From: Planctomycetota bacterium
Lineage (GTDB): Bacteria; Planctomycetota; JAJSAM01; JAJVHW01
Assembly: GCA_965248445.1 (NCBI GenBank)
Contig: CBDFJG010000003.1
Span: forward strand, 992,001-1,056,000
Length of the DNA: 64,000 bases
Reading direction: 5' to 3'
A model generated the notes under the pieces. That model did no database searches, had not been told where the DNA came from, and saw nothing but the letters and a program-made list of their open reading frames with translations. Every line of letters begins with the position of its first letter. Position 1 is the first letter of the stretch. A program made the translations under genes and the position numbers. Below are positions 63,574-64,000 of this stretch, piece by piece.

Positions 63574-63606
63574 GTCCGGGGGGACGTCGGGGCTAGTCTC
63601 TCCAGC

Positions 63607-64000
63607 GTGCCAGATGAGATCGATCCCGCTGCGCTGGAGACGCTCCGCATCGGCTCGGCTGTCTTCGCGTTCCTGTTCGGCGCAGCTATCGGCTCGTTCC
63701 TGAACGTCGTCGCGCACCGGCTCCCGCTGGGACTCTCGATCGTCAAGCCGCGCTCGCGGTGCCCGGCCTGCCGCACCCCCGTGGCGTCGCTCGACAACCT
63801 GCCGGTCATCTCATGGGTCCTCCTCGGCGGACGCTGCCGAGGCTGTCAGGGCCGCATCTCGCCCCGTTACGCGATCGTCGAGTTGCTGATGGGCTGCATG
63901 ACGGTCCACGTTCTCTGGGTGCTCGTGCTGCACCCGGGAGCCGTCCTCGAGGTCGCCGCGTGGTTGCACTTCGCGGCGGCGACCGCGTTTGTCGCAGCGC
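63607..64000 (+). CDS. pilD: Prepilin peptidase (partial, runs off the window)
   Basis: GAAIGSFLNVVAHRLP, RSRCPAC, DNLPVISWVLLGGRCRGC, ISPRY. Confidence 0.92.
   Translation, partial: MPDEIDPAALETLRIGSAVFAFLFGAAIGSFLNVVAHRLPLGLSIVKPRSRCPACRTPVASLDNLPVISWVLLGGRCRGCQGRISPRYAIVELLMGCMTVHVLWVLVLHPGAVLEVAAWLHFAAATAFVAA

Overview
High-GC bacterial chromosomal window. The lineage is probably Planctomycetota-like, inferred only from gene style. Most of it is housekeeping and transport: two back-to-back peptide ABC systems, a fatty-acid desaturase, coaD, an LptD-like protein, a frameshifted comEC, trkA/trkH, lon, a stand-alone fusA, moeB, a Liv-type ABC operon, a PLP decarboxylase, an RNase HII-like gene, fhs, gpmI, a degenerate pgi-like gene, a PilZ gene, ssb, a WbpD-like acetyltransferase and the start of pilD. 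The accessory zone (about 40.6-53 kb) has four parts. (1) A putative sigma54-driven operon of three pilin-like genes; one is broken by an 8-bp duplication and one carries a mirror-symmetric Trp/Thr/Glu/His segment that looks like a giant beta-hairpin. (2) Two different single-ORF IS66-like elements in tandem that truncate a membrane or secreted gene. (3) A CTAG-bounded tandem dimer of an IS1380-like element. (4) The 3' half of a tRNA-Thr(CGT), resembling an att scar. Non-coding highlights are a two-copy modular REP-like repeat with compensatory base changes and an inverted module, a 20-bp-phased CTGACA array upstream of ssb, and several 18-bp degenerate tandem repeats. All calls come from reading the sequence and motifs by eye; no database searches were run.
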